NCBI GenBank assembly: GCA_963765205.1
Contig: CAVXVB010000002.1
Span: 160,001 to 224,000, forward strand
Direction: 5' to 3'
From: an uncultured Verrucomicrobiae bacterium
GTDB taxonomy: Bacteria; Verrucomicrobiota; Verrucomicrobiia; Opitutales; JABDGR01
Length of the DNA: 64,000 bases
The position numbers were made by a program, and so were the translations under genes. Every line of letters starts with the position of its first letter. The first letter of the stretch is position 1. The notes under the pieces are model-generated. The model made no database searches, was not told the origin of the DNA, and was given only the letters and a program-made list of their open reading frames with translations. Below are positions 20,643-30,301 of the stretch, one piece after another.

Positions 20643-21505
20643 CAGTGGGAGGCGGTTGGGGTTGAGGACACGGCATTGTTCGCCGCGGGCGCGTTGTCCT
20701 GTTGGGCGCGCGAAACGGGCCACAAAGAAAAAATGGCGAGCGCAAACAGCCCGACGCAACACCACGCATACGAACGCGCGACAAGGCGGTTGCGCCAGCG
20801 CAGCCACGCGACCACGAGGTAGCCGGCCCAGACGCCGATGGTCACAATTAACTTGGCCGGGCCGACGCCGCCGGGTTCCTGGATCCAGTCGAGCACGCCG
20901 AGGGCAACGGCCACGCTCAAGGCCCACGCGCCGACGAGGAGCAATTGCCGGTTCAGCGCGTCCAATTCCGCCAGCGAGGGCAGCAGCCGGAAAATCCCGG
21001 TGAAACGCTTGCGCTCCAGCCCGTGCCGCTGGAGCAGATACATCAGCGCTGTGACCGCGAGCAGCCCAAACACGCCATAGCTGAAGACGGCGAGCGCGAC
21101 GTGAAATTCAATCCACGGGTTGCCCGCCCCGGCGACGCCCGCGGCCTGTGCCTGCGCGCTCGGCAGGAAGAGCGACCCAACGCCCAAGCCTGCCGCCAGC
21201 CCGGCGGCAAATAACCCGAGCAGCCGCAATTGCAGCGTCGCGCGCAAAATCAATTGCAGAAAAACGGTGACCCAGGCCAGCGACTGCACCAACTCGAAGG
21301 CGTTGCCCACCGGCAGCGAATGCGTCTCCAGGCCGCGCAGGTAAAGCCCGGTACTCTGGGCGAGGAACGCGGGGAGGATCAGTGCATAAAAAATGGGCCG
21401 GTCGTGCTCGCGCCCGCGCGCCGCCGCGGAGACCGCGTAGCCGAAACCGAGCAGATAAAGCACGGTTGCGGCATACAAGAAGGCAATGGGCGGGTTGTCA
21501 AACAT
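20642..21505 (-). CDS. ccsA: cytochrome c biogenesis CcsA/HemX-like membrane protein
   Basis: About 8 TM segments, WIEFHVAL and LPSLAELD motifs; coupled to hemA. Confidence 0.8.
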   Translation of the reverse strand: MFDNPPIAFLYAATVLYLLGFGYAVSAAARGREHDRPIFYALILPAFLAQSTGLYLRGLETHSLPVGNAFELVQSLAWVTVFLQLILRATLQLRLLGLFAAGLAAGLGVGSLFLPSAQAQAAGVAGAGNPWIEFHVALAVFSYGVFGLLAVTALMYLLQRHGLERKRFTGIFRLLPSLAELDALNRQLLLVGAWALSVAVALGVLDWIQEPGGVGPAKLIVTIGVWAGYLVVAWLRWRNRLVARSYAWCCVGLFALAIFSLWPVSRAQQDNAPAANNAVSSTPTASH

Positions 21506-21698
21506 GCGGCGGCAGGGTGGGGCAACCCGGCATCCTAGCGCGCGCCCGGGTCGCGCTCAAGGCGGAAGTGGCCCTGGGGTAGTTTCCAGCGCAAACCTGG
21601 TTGGTTGGGCCAGGCCGGCGATTCGTAAATATATTTCCTGTGGCGCTGTTTCCGTTGCTTTATCCCCAATTTGAGGTAAGATGCCTTCTCTTTTCCCC

Positions 21699-22622
21699 AT
21701 GAACATCAAATCATTCGCCCTGCTGGCGTTCGCCGTCAGCTTCCTAGTCGCCGCCAGTCCGCGCACCGCGGCCCAAACCGCGCCTGCGGCCACGCCAGCG
21801 TCGGCCGCCGCCGCTTCGTCTGATGTTAAGCCGCAATTGCAGGCCCTCGTCCAAAAGATCAACACGAAGTTGCAAGCAGGCGCCCATAGCGAAAGCGACC
21901 TGGCGCCGGAATTGAAGGAATTCGACGCCATTCTCGCGGCGCATAAGGGGGAAAAGTCCGACGACCTCGCCCAAGTCGCGTTCATGAAGGCGCAATTATA
22001 TCTGGAGGTCTTTGATCAGGCGGACAAGGCGCTGCCCATGCTTCAGCAGTTGGTGAAAGATTTCCCAGACACGGCCGTGGCCAAGCAAATTGCACCGGCC
22101 CTGCCCCAGCTCGCCGCCCAGATTGCAGCCGACGCGGGGGCGGCGGCCATCCGCGCCCAGCTCGCCGTGGGCACGGCGTTCCCGGATTTTTCCGTCAAGG
22201 ACCTCGCCGGCAAGCCGCTGTCCGTGGCCAATTACAAAGGCAAGGTCGTGCTGGTGGACTTCTGGGCCACCTGGTGCGGGCCGTGCGTGCAGGAGATGCC
22301 CAATGTCATCGCCGCCTATGGTAAATATCACGATAAGGGATTTGAGATTATCGGCGTCAGCCTGGACGATGACGCGGATAAGGGTCGCGACAAGCTCACC
22401 GCCTTCATCACGCAGAATAAAATGCCCTGGGTGCAGTATTACGACGGCAAGCACTGGCAAACCGACCTGGCGGTGAAATACGGCGTCCATCAGATCCCCA
22501 CCAGCTACCTGCTTGATGGCACGGGTAAAATTATCGCCCTATCGCCGCGTGGACCGGACCTGGCCCCGGCGATTGAAAAAGCCCTGGCCACGCTGGCCCC
22601 GGTGACCAAGCCCGCGAACTGA
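21699..22622 (+). CDS. TlpA-family thiol-disulfide oxidoreductase with helical N-terminal domain
   Basis: Signal peptide; KGKVVLVDFWATWCGPC, IIGVSLD and IPTSYLLD. Confidence 0.9.
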   Translation: MNIKSFALLAFAVSFLVAASPRTAAQTAPAATPASAAAASSDVKPQLQALVQKINTKLQAGAHSESDLAPELKEFDAILAAHKGEKSDDLAQVAFMKAQLYLEVFDQADKALPMLQQLVKDFPDTAVAKQIAPALPQLAAQIAADAGAAAIRAQLAVGTAFPDFSVKDLAGKPLSVANYKGKVVLVDFWATWCGPCVQEMPNVIAAYGKYHDKGFEIIGVSLDDDADKGRDKLTAFITQNKMPWVQYYDGKHWQTDLAVKYGVHQIPTSYLLDGTGKIIALSPRGPDLAPAIEKALATLAPVTKPAN

Positions 22623-22628
22623 GGCGGC

Positions 22629-23483
22629 TTATTTCCCACTCACGGCGTGTTCCTCGCCCCAGCGGAGTTTGTCGCGCAGGATGGCGAAGTGCGAATGGCC
22701 GGGTGGCTGGAGCAGCGCGAGCGTGCGTTCGTCGAGGGTGACTTCAAGGGGCCAGACCTCGCCACCTTGAAAGCAGGGCTGCCCATCGCAGGATACGACG
22801 GGGTGAGTGTCCTCGTCCAGGCCACGGACTTCGAGCCGGGTGTCTTCGGCGAAAATCACCGAGCGGTTGGTCAGTGTATGAGGGCAGATGGGCGTGAGGG
22901 CCAGCACGCGCGCGTGCGGATGGATGAGTGGGCCGCCGGCGGACAGGTTGTAGGCGGTCGAACCGGTCGGCGTCGCAAAAATCAGGCCGTCGGCATGGTA
23001 TTCGTTGACCACTTTGCCGTCGGACATGACCTCGAGCGAGATGAGGCGCGAGAGGCTGGGGTGCTTCAACACGATGTCGTTGAGCGCGAGCGCCGTGCGC
23101 CCGTCCCCCGTGCGCGCGCGCAGCAGGGTGCGGCGCGCGAGATGGTAGTCGCCCGCGAGCAGACGCGCGAAAATCACCGGGGCCTCCTGCACGGGAATGG
23201 TCGCCAAAAAACCCAGCTTGCCGCGGTTGATGCCGAAGACGGGAACTTGCGCCGCGACCGCCTCGCCCACCACGCTCAAAATCGTGCCGTCGCCGCCGAG
23301 CACGCAGCAGGCGTCCTGGTTTTTCAGGAAACCCGCGGGGATGGGAAATTGGTCCGTCAGGGCAACTTTAACTTTTTGGGCGCGCGCAATCTTCGCCAAC
23401 TCGGCGGCCAGTTCGGCCGCGCCGGGTTTGGCGCGGTTGACGACGAAGGCCAGGCGGCGCAGCGGCGGCGAAGAGGCGGGCAT
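22629..23483 (-). CDS. nadK: NAD(+) kinase
   Basis: LGGDGT, GKLGFL, ALND, DGLIFATPTGSTAYNLSAGGP and PICPH. Confidence 0.95.
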   Translation of the reverse strand: MPASSPPLRRLAFVVNRAKPGAAELAAELAKIARAQKVKVALTDQFPIPAGFLKNQDACCVLGGDGTILSVVGEAVAAQVPVFGINRGKLGFLATIPVQEAPVIFARLLAGDYHLARRTLLRARTGDGRTALALNDIVLKHPSLSRLISLEVMSDGKVVNEYHADGLIFATPTGSTAYNLSAGGPLIHPHARVLALTPICPHTLTNRSVIFAEDTRLEVRGLDEDTHPVVSCDGQPCFQGGEVWPLEVTLDERTLALLQPPGHSHFAILRDKLRWGEEHAVSGK

Positions 23484-23531
23484 AAGAAAATTCAATCCTA
23501 CCCGGATGGAAAAGGGAAGCGTGGAATGAGC

Positions 23532-23680
23532 GTGAATGGTGAAGTGTGAAGTGTGGAGTGTGAAGTGTGGAACTGGAGCGTCAGACAGCTTGGAAGTTTG
23601 ACGGTGAACAAGCTTTAATAGTTCAGAGAGAACCGCTTACTCGGTGGTTTCAACTTCACACTTCACACTCCACATTTCAC
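23532..23680. repeat. inverted heptamer arrays (GTGAAGT x~6 / ACTTCAC x4) with ~80-nt spacer
   Basis: 23532-23573 and 23653-23680; the right arm contains the TlyA stop codon. Confidence 0.85.
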
Positions 23681-24471
23681 GCTTTTTTCTCCAGCCCCAC
23701 CAAAAACTCCACGTTGCCGTCGCCGCCGCGCAGGGGTGACTCCAGTTCGCCGAAAATTGTGGCGCCGGGCAGTTCGGTTAGGCAGAATGATTGGATATTT
23801 GTTAATATTCGTTGATGAATGGCGGGGTCGCGGATGATGCCGCGCCCCGCGGAGGCCTCGCTTTTCGTCGCCTCAAACTGCGGCTTGACCAGCGCGACCA
23901 GCCGGCCGCCGGGCCGCACCCGCGCCCACGCGGCGGGCAGCACTTTGGTGAGCGAAATGAACGATACGTCCACCACCACCAAGTCGTAAACCGCGCGGGG
24001 CAACGGGATGTTTTCCAAATGCCGTGCGTTGATTTTTTCCAGGCTGGTCACGCGCGGGTCGGCGCGCAATTTGGCGTGCAACTGCCCGTGGCCGACTTCC
24101 ACGCACGTCACATCCATGGCGCCGCGCTGCAGCAGGCAGTCGGTGAACCCGCCGGTCGAAGCGCCAATATCCAGTGCGTGCAGGCCGGTCACCTCGAGCG
24201 CAAACTGGGACAAAAAGGCCGCCAGTTTTTCACCGCCCCGGCTAACGAAAGGCGGCGGCTGGGCAACCGTAAGTGAAGCGTCGGCTGGCAAAAGCTGCCC
24301 CGGCTTGGCCACCATGGTGTCGGGGCCGCGGCGTACTTGGCCGGCAAGGATCAAGGCTTGCGCTTTGGTTCGGGAATCGGCCAATCCGCGATCAACCAAG
24401 AGTTGGTCAGCCCGACGGCGGTTTGGCCTGGGTTGGGAGATGCTTTTGCCTGCGGAACTCAATTTTGGCAA
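23677..24471 (-). CDS. tlyA: TlyA-family rRNA methyltransferase
   Basis: S4 domain, [35 protein letters not shown] and GNVEFL. Confidence 0.93.
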   Translation of the reverse strand: MPKLSSAGKSISQPRPNRRRADQLLVDRGLADSRTKAQALILAGQVRRGPDTMVAKPGQLLPADASLTVAQPPPFVSRGGEKLAAFLSQFALEVTGLHALDIGASTGGFTDCLLQRGAMDVTCVEVGHGQLHAKLRADPRVTSLEKINARHLENIPLPRAVYDLVVVDVSFISLTKVLPAAWARVRPGGRLVALVKPQFEATKSEASAGRGIIRDPAIHQRILTNIQSFCLTELPGATIFGELESPLRGGDGNVEFLVGLEKKA

Positions 24472-24536
24472 TATAAGTGTTCAAAAAGTCACCTAAAAAA
24501 GGTGAAAATTTCGAAAAAAAAGTTAAGCGAAAAACG

Positions 24537-24577
24537 TTGACGTGGGGTATAGTAGAGAATTATGGGTCATTGTGGGG
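24537..24577 (+). promoter_or_regulatory. dcw promoter region with MraZ-box-like repeats
   Basis: TTGACG (-35-like) at 24537; GTGGG/GTAGA/ATGGG/GTGGG at 24542/24552/24562/24572 (10-bp period). Confidence 0.65.
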
Positions 24578-24605
24578 CAAATAGTAGCCCCTTTTGCCGC
24601 TCCTT

Positions 24606-25097
24606 ATGCCTCCGCCCAACAACGAGACTCCTGTCGACCCGGTTGTCGGCTCTTTCGTAGGCACGTATCGACATACGCTCGATGCGAAGGGTCGCCTGAC
24701 AATTCCGGCCCGCTGGCGCTTCGAAGGCGACCAGGAAACGAGGACGTTCCTGGCTTTGCCCAACCCGGACGGAAGCATTACTGTCTATCCGCCGGAAATG
24801 ACGGCGCGGGTGCGGACGCTGATCCGGGCCAGCGGCGGTCCCATGGGCAACCCGAAGGAAACCGACGCGCTCGGCAAAATCATGGCCAGCGGAGATCAAT
24901 TCGGCTGTGACGCGCAGGGGCGGATTGTCCTGGCCGAGAAACTCCGCAAATACGCCGGGCTGACCAAGGAGGTCGTGCTGGTCGGCCGCTTGGAGACCTT
25001 TTCCCTGTGGGCGCCGGAACTGTGCCCGGTGCCGCCGGAAATCACGCGCGAAACCCTCGCGCTGGATCCCGCCATCGTCAAAAGCCTCGGACTGTAG
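24606..25097 (+). CDS. mraZ: division/cell wall cluster transcriptional regulator MraZ
   Basis: FVGTYRHTLDAKGRLTIP, DAQGRIVL and VVLVG..FSLW; first gene of the dcw cluster. Confidence 0.93.
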   Translation: MPPPNNETPVDPVVGSFVGTYRHTLDAKGRLTIPARWRFEGDQETRTFLALPNPDGSITVYPPEMTARVRTLIRASGGPMGNPKETDALGKIMASGDQFGCDAQGRIVLAEKLRKYAGLTKEVVLVGRLETFSLWAPELCPVPPEITRETLALDPAIVKSLGL

Positions 25098-25175
25098 GCG
25101 CGCGGCGCCCCGCTGTGCTTGGGCCATCATTTCCCCACTATACACCAAATTTCCCAAACCTAAACCAAAAAAACC

Positions 25176-25379
25176 ATGAGCCACTCGCGACATGACTTCG
25201 CCCATCGCTTCCTGCAGCGCCCATTGCGCGGCGATGCGGAGCCTTGGCAATATGTGGGCGTTTCCGTGCCCACGCGCGCCTTGTTCGACCCGGCCTCCAG
25301 CCGGATGCGCCACCGTCCTTCCCTCAAAGTCAATGCCGCCGGCTGGCGGACGCTGCTCAATGTATTGCGGATTAGATAG
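25176..25379 (+). CDS. small hypothetical protein (67 aa) between mraZ and rsmH
   Basis: ATG preceded by an A-rich leader; MSHSRHDFAHRFLQRPLRGDAEPWQYVGVSVPTRALF.. Confidence 0.45.
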   Translation: MSHSRHDFAHRFLQRPLRGDAEPWQYVGVSVPTRALFDPASSRMRHRPSLKVNAAGWRTLLNVLRIR

Positions 25380-26398
25380 CGCCGTGCGCTCGCGCAAGGA
25401 GGAACCGGGTTCGGCGGCGCCGAACGCCGGCTCGCTTGGGCTGCCTGCCACGGGCGAGCCGGTCTTCAGCCATACGCCCGTACTAGTGGCCGAGGTGCTG
25501 TCCCTGCTCCAGCAAAATCAGGCGGAAGGTTCGCCAAATTATTTAGATTGTACCTTTGGAGGTGGCGGGCACACAAAGGCACTCCTGGAATCCGACCCCA
25601 TGGCGCACGTCACGGCCCTCGACCGCGATCCCGCCGCGCAAGTACGGGCGGCGGTGCTTGCCACGCAATTCCCAGGTCGGCTGGAATTTCACGATATGCC
25701 TTTTTCCCGGATGGATGAACTGAACGAAACCAGATACGCCGGGGTCCTGATTCGACCTCGGCGTGTCGTCTTTCCAACTAGACGAGGCGGCGCGCGGGTT
25801 TTCCTTCCGCTACGCCGGCCCGGCGGATATGCGCCTCGACCCGCGGTCGGGGATTCCCGCGGCCCAATTTCTCGAAGAGGCCACCCGGGAGGAACTCGTT
25901 GCCGCCGTGCGCAACGCCGGCGAAGAGCCGCGCTGGCGGCGGGTCGTCGAGGCCATCCTGCGTTCGCGCGGCACCGGTCTGCTGGCGCGCACGGACACCC
26001 TGGCGGGCGTGGTGGCTGCCGCAGTGGGCGGCCCACCGACCCGGCTCCACCCCGCCACCCGCACCTTTCAGGGCCTGCGCATCACGTTGAACACCGAACT
26101 GGACGAGTTGGCGGCGGCCCTGCCCAAAGCGGTGGAACGGCTGGCGCCAGGTGGCGTGCTTGCCATCATCAGCTTTCACTCCCTCGAGGACCGTATCGCC
26201 AAGCGATTCCTCAACCGCCTCTGCGGCCGCGCCGAGCACGAGCACGATGCCACGCCGGCGCAACTGCGCACGGCCCGCGCGGAGCTGCTCACCCGCCGCC
26301 CCCTGGCGGCGGGCGAGGCGGAAGCAGCCGCAAACCCCCGCAGCCGGTCGGCCCGCTTGCGCGCGGCGCGGATGCTGCGCGCCACCCTGCGCGGCTAA
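25360..26398 (+). CDS. rsmH: 16S rRNA m4C1402 methyltransferase (frameshift near 25750; start uncertain)
   Basis: [18 protein letters not shown]; removing one base at ~25750 restores [28 protein letters not shown] and NPRSRSA. Confidence 0.92.
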
Positions 26399-26475
26399 AC
26401 CCGATTTTTTGAGGCTTCCAATATCACAATAAGACATCAAGAAACTTTATTATTTAACCTAAATTATCCAATCCC

Positions 26476-26875
26476 ATGCGCGAAAATACCTCCTGCTGGC
26501 TCCGGGCCCTGACCGCCGCCTTGTTTCTATTGCTGCTGGCCGGCGCGGCCGGCGCGGCGCTGACCATTGTGCGCCTTCGCGAGGAAGTCAGCCATCTGGC
26601 CGCGGCGACCACCCAACTGCAGGCCACCGCGGGCGAGACCACTCGGCTGCTCCAGGAAATGGGCGCCGCGGTGGCGGCAGCCCAACAGCCCGAGGTGCTC
26701 CGCGCGCGTCGTCGGCAACCGGCTCGCTCCGATGAGCGAAAAGCAAATTGTCTGGGTCCGCGCCACGGGCACCACCGCCCACCCCGAGGCGGCCACGCCA
26801 CCGCCCGCGCCGACGCTTTCCTTTCCCCGCATAGCCACACTTGAACCGGCCACCGGGCCGGGAGTTTTACGATGA
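26476..26875 (+). CDS. ftsL: FtsL-like cell division protein (frameshift near 26705)
   Basis: Between rsmH and ftsI; one TM plus coiled coil; the +1 frame continues to a TGA overlapping the ftsI ATG. Confidence 0.6.
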
Positions 26876-28693
26876 GTCGCGCCTTTGTCTCCCCTTATCG
26901 CCTCGGCACGATGACGTTCGTCATCGTGGCGGGCTTTGCCACGGTGTTTGGCCGGCTGGTGGACTTGCATGTGCTGCAGCGGCCCAAGCTGCTCGAGGTG
27001 GCAAAGCACGAGCGCGAAAAGGTGGACCTGCTCTACTCGCGCCGCGGCGACATTGTGGACCGGCTGGACAACCCGTTGGCGACATCTCGCACGGTGATGG
27101 AAGTTGGCGTGGACCCTTCGGTGGTTGAATTATCCGACCAGGCCAGGGCGAAGTGGCCTGCGCTGGCGCAGCTCCTCGGCGTGCCGGAGGCGGACCTCGA
27201 AAAGGCCTTCACCACCCAGTTCCAAGAGGTGAACTCGGACGAGGGAACGGAGCACCAGGCCATTCGTTGGAAGGTATTGAATCCCGGCCTCGAACCATCG
27301 GCTTATGAGCAGGTGCAGGCGCTGAAAATCAAAGGGGTTTACGGCAACCTCAAATACGATCGCATTTACCCGGACGGCCAGCTGGCCGCGCATGTGCTGG
27401 GCTATTTGGACAAGGATGGCGCGCCCCAATCCGGCATCGAGGCGGCCATGAATTTTTATCTCCGCGGTCAGGACGGCTGGCGGGAAACCGAGCAAGACGG
27501 CCACCACCGCGAGTTGGAACAATACAGCCGCGAGGTCAAACCCGCGGATGGCCTCAAGGTCGAGCTGACCATTGATTTGCGCCTCCAAGATTACGCGGAG
27601 CAGGAGGTGGACCGCCTGGTCAAGCAATACCAACCGCTGGGCGTGACCATCATCATGAGCGAGCCATCCTCGGGCGAAATTCTCGCGCTGGCCAATTACC
27701 CGACCTACGACCCGAACCATTATAGTGACTACCCGCTGGTGAATCTCAAAAACCGCGCGCTCAGCGATGTTTACGAACCCGGCTCGACCTTTAAGATCGT
27801 GACCGCCGCGGCGGCGCTTAATGAAGGCGTCGGTCCAACCCTCGGACACCTTTGACTGCTCGAAGGCGACTATTGATGTGAACGGCCGCACGCTCACGCT
27901 GCCCCACGATGATGAGCCGAATGGCATCCTGACGGTTGATCAAATTGTGGCGCGCTCCTCCAACCGCGGTGCGGCGAACATCGGCGTGTTGCTGGGTCCG
28001 ACGCGGCTGCACGACTACGCGGCTGCCTTTGGTTTCGGCCAGACGACGAACTTCGGCCTGGCGGGCGAATCGCGCGGGGAGTTGCACTCCATCCGGGATT
28101 TCGACCTCGACAAATTGTTGATTACCCGCGTGCCGATGGGACAAGGGGTGGACGCCACCGCGCTGCAAGTCCACCAGGCTATGTCGGTCGTGGCCAACCA
28201 CGGGGTGCTGATGGAACCGCACATTGTCCGTAGGATCATGGACGCCAATAAAGCGACCGTGGTGGAATTCGACCCTAAAGCGGTGCGGCGCGTTATCACC
28301 AACAACACGGCGGATACGCTCAACACCATGCTTTGCGAGGTGGTCAAGGAAGGCACCGCGACGCGCGCGAGCCTGGGTGATATCACCGTGGCGGGCAAAA
28401 CTGGCACGACGCAGAAACTCGTGGATGGCAAGTATTCGACCGACCACCACGTATCAACCTTTTCCGGCTACCTGCCCGCCGAGCTGCCGCGCCTGGTCAT
28501 CACCGTGATTGTGGATGACGCGAAAATGAAAGGCAACGCGACCGCCTATGGCGGCATCGTTTCCGCCGCGGCCTTCAAGCAGTTGGCCACGGACGCTGTG
28601 AATTACCTGGGCATCCAGCCCTACACCCAGCCCGGCGCCGGGCGCAATAACCTTGTCGCAATGAAAGGAGACAATCTTGATTGGTTTCGCTGA
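26872..28693 (+). CDS. ftsI: peptidoglycan transpeptidase FtsI/PBP3 (frameshift near 27830)
   Basis: RGDIVDR, RIYPDG, GIE, EPGSTFK (SxxK); SSN and KTGT in the +1 frame. Confidence 0.92.
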
Positions 28694-30275
28694 TCTGGAG
28701 AACAGACTCGGTGCCAGCCCCTTCCTGCTGGCCGCGCGACTCGCGGCCCGGGCGGAGAGCGAACGCCGCGGTCGCGCCTGCATGGACCACACGCTGAAAC
28801 ATTTGCTCGCCGGCACCACGGTGCTGGCCTGGCGCGGCGATGCCGACCGCACCGTCACCAGCCTGGTGACGGACAGCCGCCGGGTGGTGCCGGGCGCGCT
28901 CTTTTTCGCGCTCGAAGGCACGCGGGTTAACGGCGCGGACTTTGTCGAGGAGGCGGTGGGCCGCGGCGCGGTCGCCGTGGTGTCCGCGCGCGCGCCCTCG
29001 AAGCATTTGCCCGTCGTGTGGGCGCAAGTGCTCAATGTGCGCGTGGCCATGGCTGAAATCGCGCGGCGCTTTTACCGCAACCCGGACGAGGACATGTTCA
29101 TCACTGGCGTCACCGGCACCAACGGCAAGACGACAGTTTCGATGATGGCGCAATTCCTGTTGCGCGAGCCGGACGCGCTCTGCGGCCTGATCGGCACGGT
29201 GCGTTATGAAGTCGGCCCCCGCACGCTGCCCTCCTACAAAACGACGCCGGAGTCGGTGGATCTGTTCGCGCTGTTCGATCAGATGCGCGAGGCGGGTTGC
29301 ACGGCCTGCGCGATGGAAGTCAGCTCCCACGCGCTGGCGCAGGCGCGCGTGCATGGGGTGCGCTTTGACGCGGTGGGCTTCACGAATTTGACGCAGGACC
29401 ACCTCGACTACCACGAGACGCTGGATAATTATTTCAACGCGAAGGCGCAATTGTTCACGGGTGAGAGCGGCCACCAGGCGGGCGTGGCCGTAATTAATGT
29501 GGACGACCCGTATGGCCGCGTGCTCGTCGAGCGTCTGCCAGCGGGGGTCGAGGCGGTGACTTACGGATTCTCCGCGTCGGCCAGCCTGCGTGCGGTCAAC
29601 GTGGTGCTTTCGCCCGGCGGCAGCCAGTGCGAAGTCGAGTGGGCGGGCGGGCGGGCGCGCCTCCACCTCGGCCTGCCGGGCCGCTATAATATATTGAATG
29701 CCTTGTGCGCCCTCGGACTGGCCCGCGCGGCGGGGCGCGATTTGAATTTGCTCGTGCCGCGGCTGGCGCGCTTCCCGGGCGTGCCGGGCCGCATGGAAAA
29801 AATCGAGGCCGGCCAACCCTTCCAAGTCTTGGTGGATTATGCACACACGGACGACGCCCTCAGCCACGCGCTCACCATGTTGCGCGACGTGTGCGCCGGG
29901 CGTTTGCTCGTCGTCTTCGGCTGCGGCGGCAACCGCGACCGGGCCAAGCGCCCGCGCATGATGGCGGCCGTCCAGCGCTGGGCCGATTTTGCCTGGGCCA
30001 CCGCTGACAACCCGCGCAAAGAGCCGCTGGCGCAGATTTTCACCGACATGCGCGCGGGCGTCACCGCGCCGACCCGCGTGCGCTTCGTGGACGACCGCCG
30101 CCGCGCCATCGCACTCGCGCTCGAGGATGCCAAGCCCGGCGACTGCGTGCTCATCGCCGGCAAGGGCCATGAGACTTACCAGGAATTTGCCGACACCGTC
30201 GTGCCGTTCGACGACCGCCAGGCCGCCCGTGAATTGCTCAACTGGCGCTACGGCGCGCCTCCCGCCCGCTCGTGA
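28677..30275 (+). CDS. murE: UDP-MurNAc-tripeptide synthetase (meso-DAP type)
   Basis: GVTGTNGKTT, TTPE, MEVSSH, TNLTQDHLDYH, DYAHT, DNPR and AGKGHE; AAGGAG 6 nt before TTG 28677 (alternative start 28782). Confidence 0.95.
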   Translation: MIGFADLENRLGASPFLLAARLAARAESERRGRACMDHTLKHLLAGTTVLAWRGDADRTVTSLVTDSRRVVPGALFFALEGTRVNGADFVEEAVGRGAVAVVSARAPSKHLPVVWAQVLNVRVAMAEIARRFYRNPDEDMFITGVTGTNGKTTVSMMAQFLLREPDALCGLIGTVRYEVGPRTLPSYKTTPESVDLFALFDQMREAGCTACAMEVSSHALAQARVHGVRFDAVGFTNLTQDHLDYHETLDNYFNAKAQLFTGESGHQAGVAVINVDDPYGRVLVERLPAGVEAVTYGFSASASLRAVNVVLSPGGSQCEVEWAGGRARLHLGLPGRYNILNALCALGLARAAGRDLNLLVPRLARFPGVPGRMEKIEAGQPFQVLVDYAHTDDALSHALTMLRDVCAGRLLVVFGCGGNRDRAKRPRMMAAVQRWADFAWATADNPRKEPLAQIFTDMRAGVTAPTRVRFVDDRRRAIALALEDAKPGDCVLIAGKGHETYQEFADTVVPFDDRQAARELLNWRYGAPPARS

Positions 30276-30301
30276 AACTGATGCCGACCTTCGCTCGCGC
30301 C

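Noticed and set aside
19599..20927. 442-aa HemA with long N-terminal extension
   Set aside because: The extension overlaps ccsA out of frame; the ATG at 20642 coupled to the ccsA stop is the better start.
23532..23680. Possible CRISPR array from the periodic repeats here and at 17461, 9030 and 18309
   Set aside because: Units are 7-9 nt, tandem and inverted, with no repeat-spacer structure and no cas genes.
26872..28693. Naturally split FtsI (two genes)
   Set aside because: The break falls inside the transpeptidase domain just after SxxK, and removing one base restores a normal PBP3.
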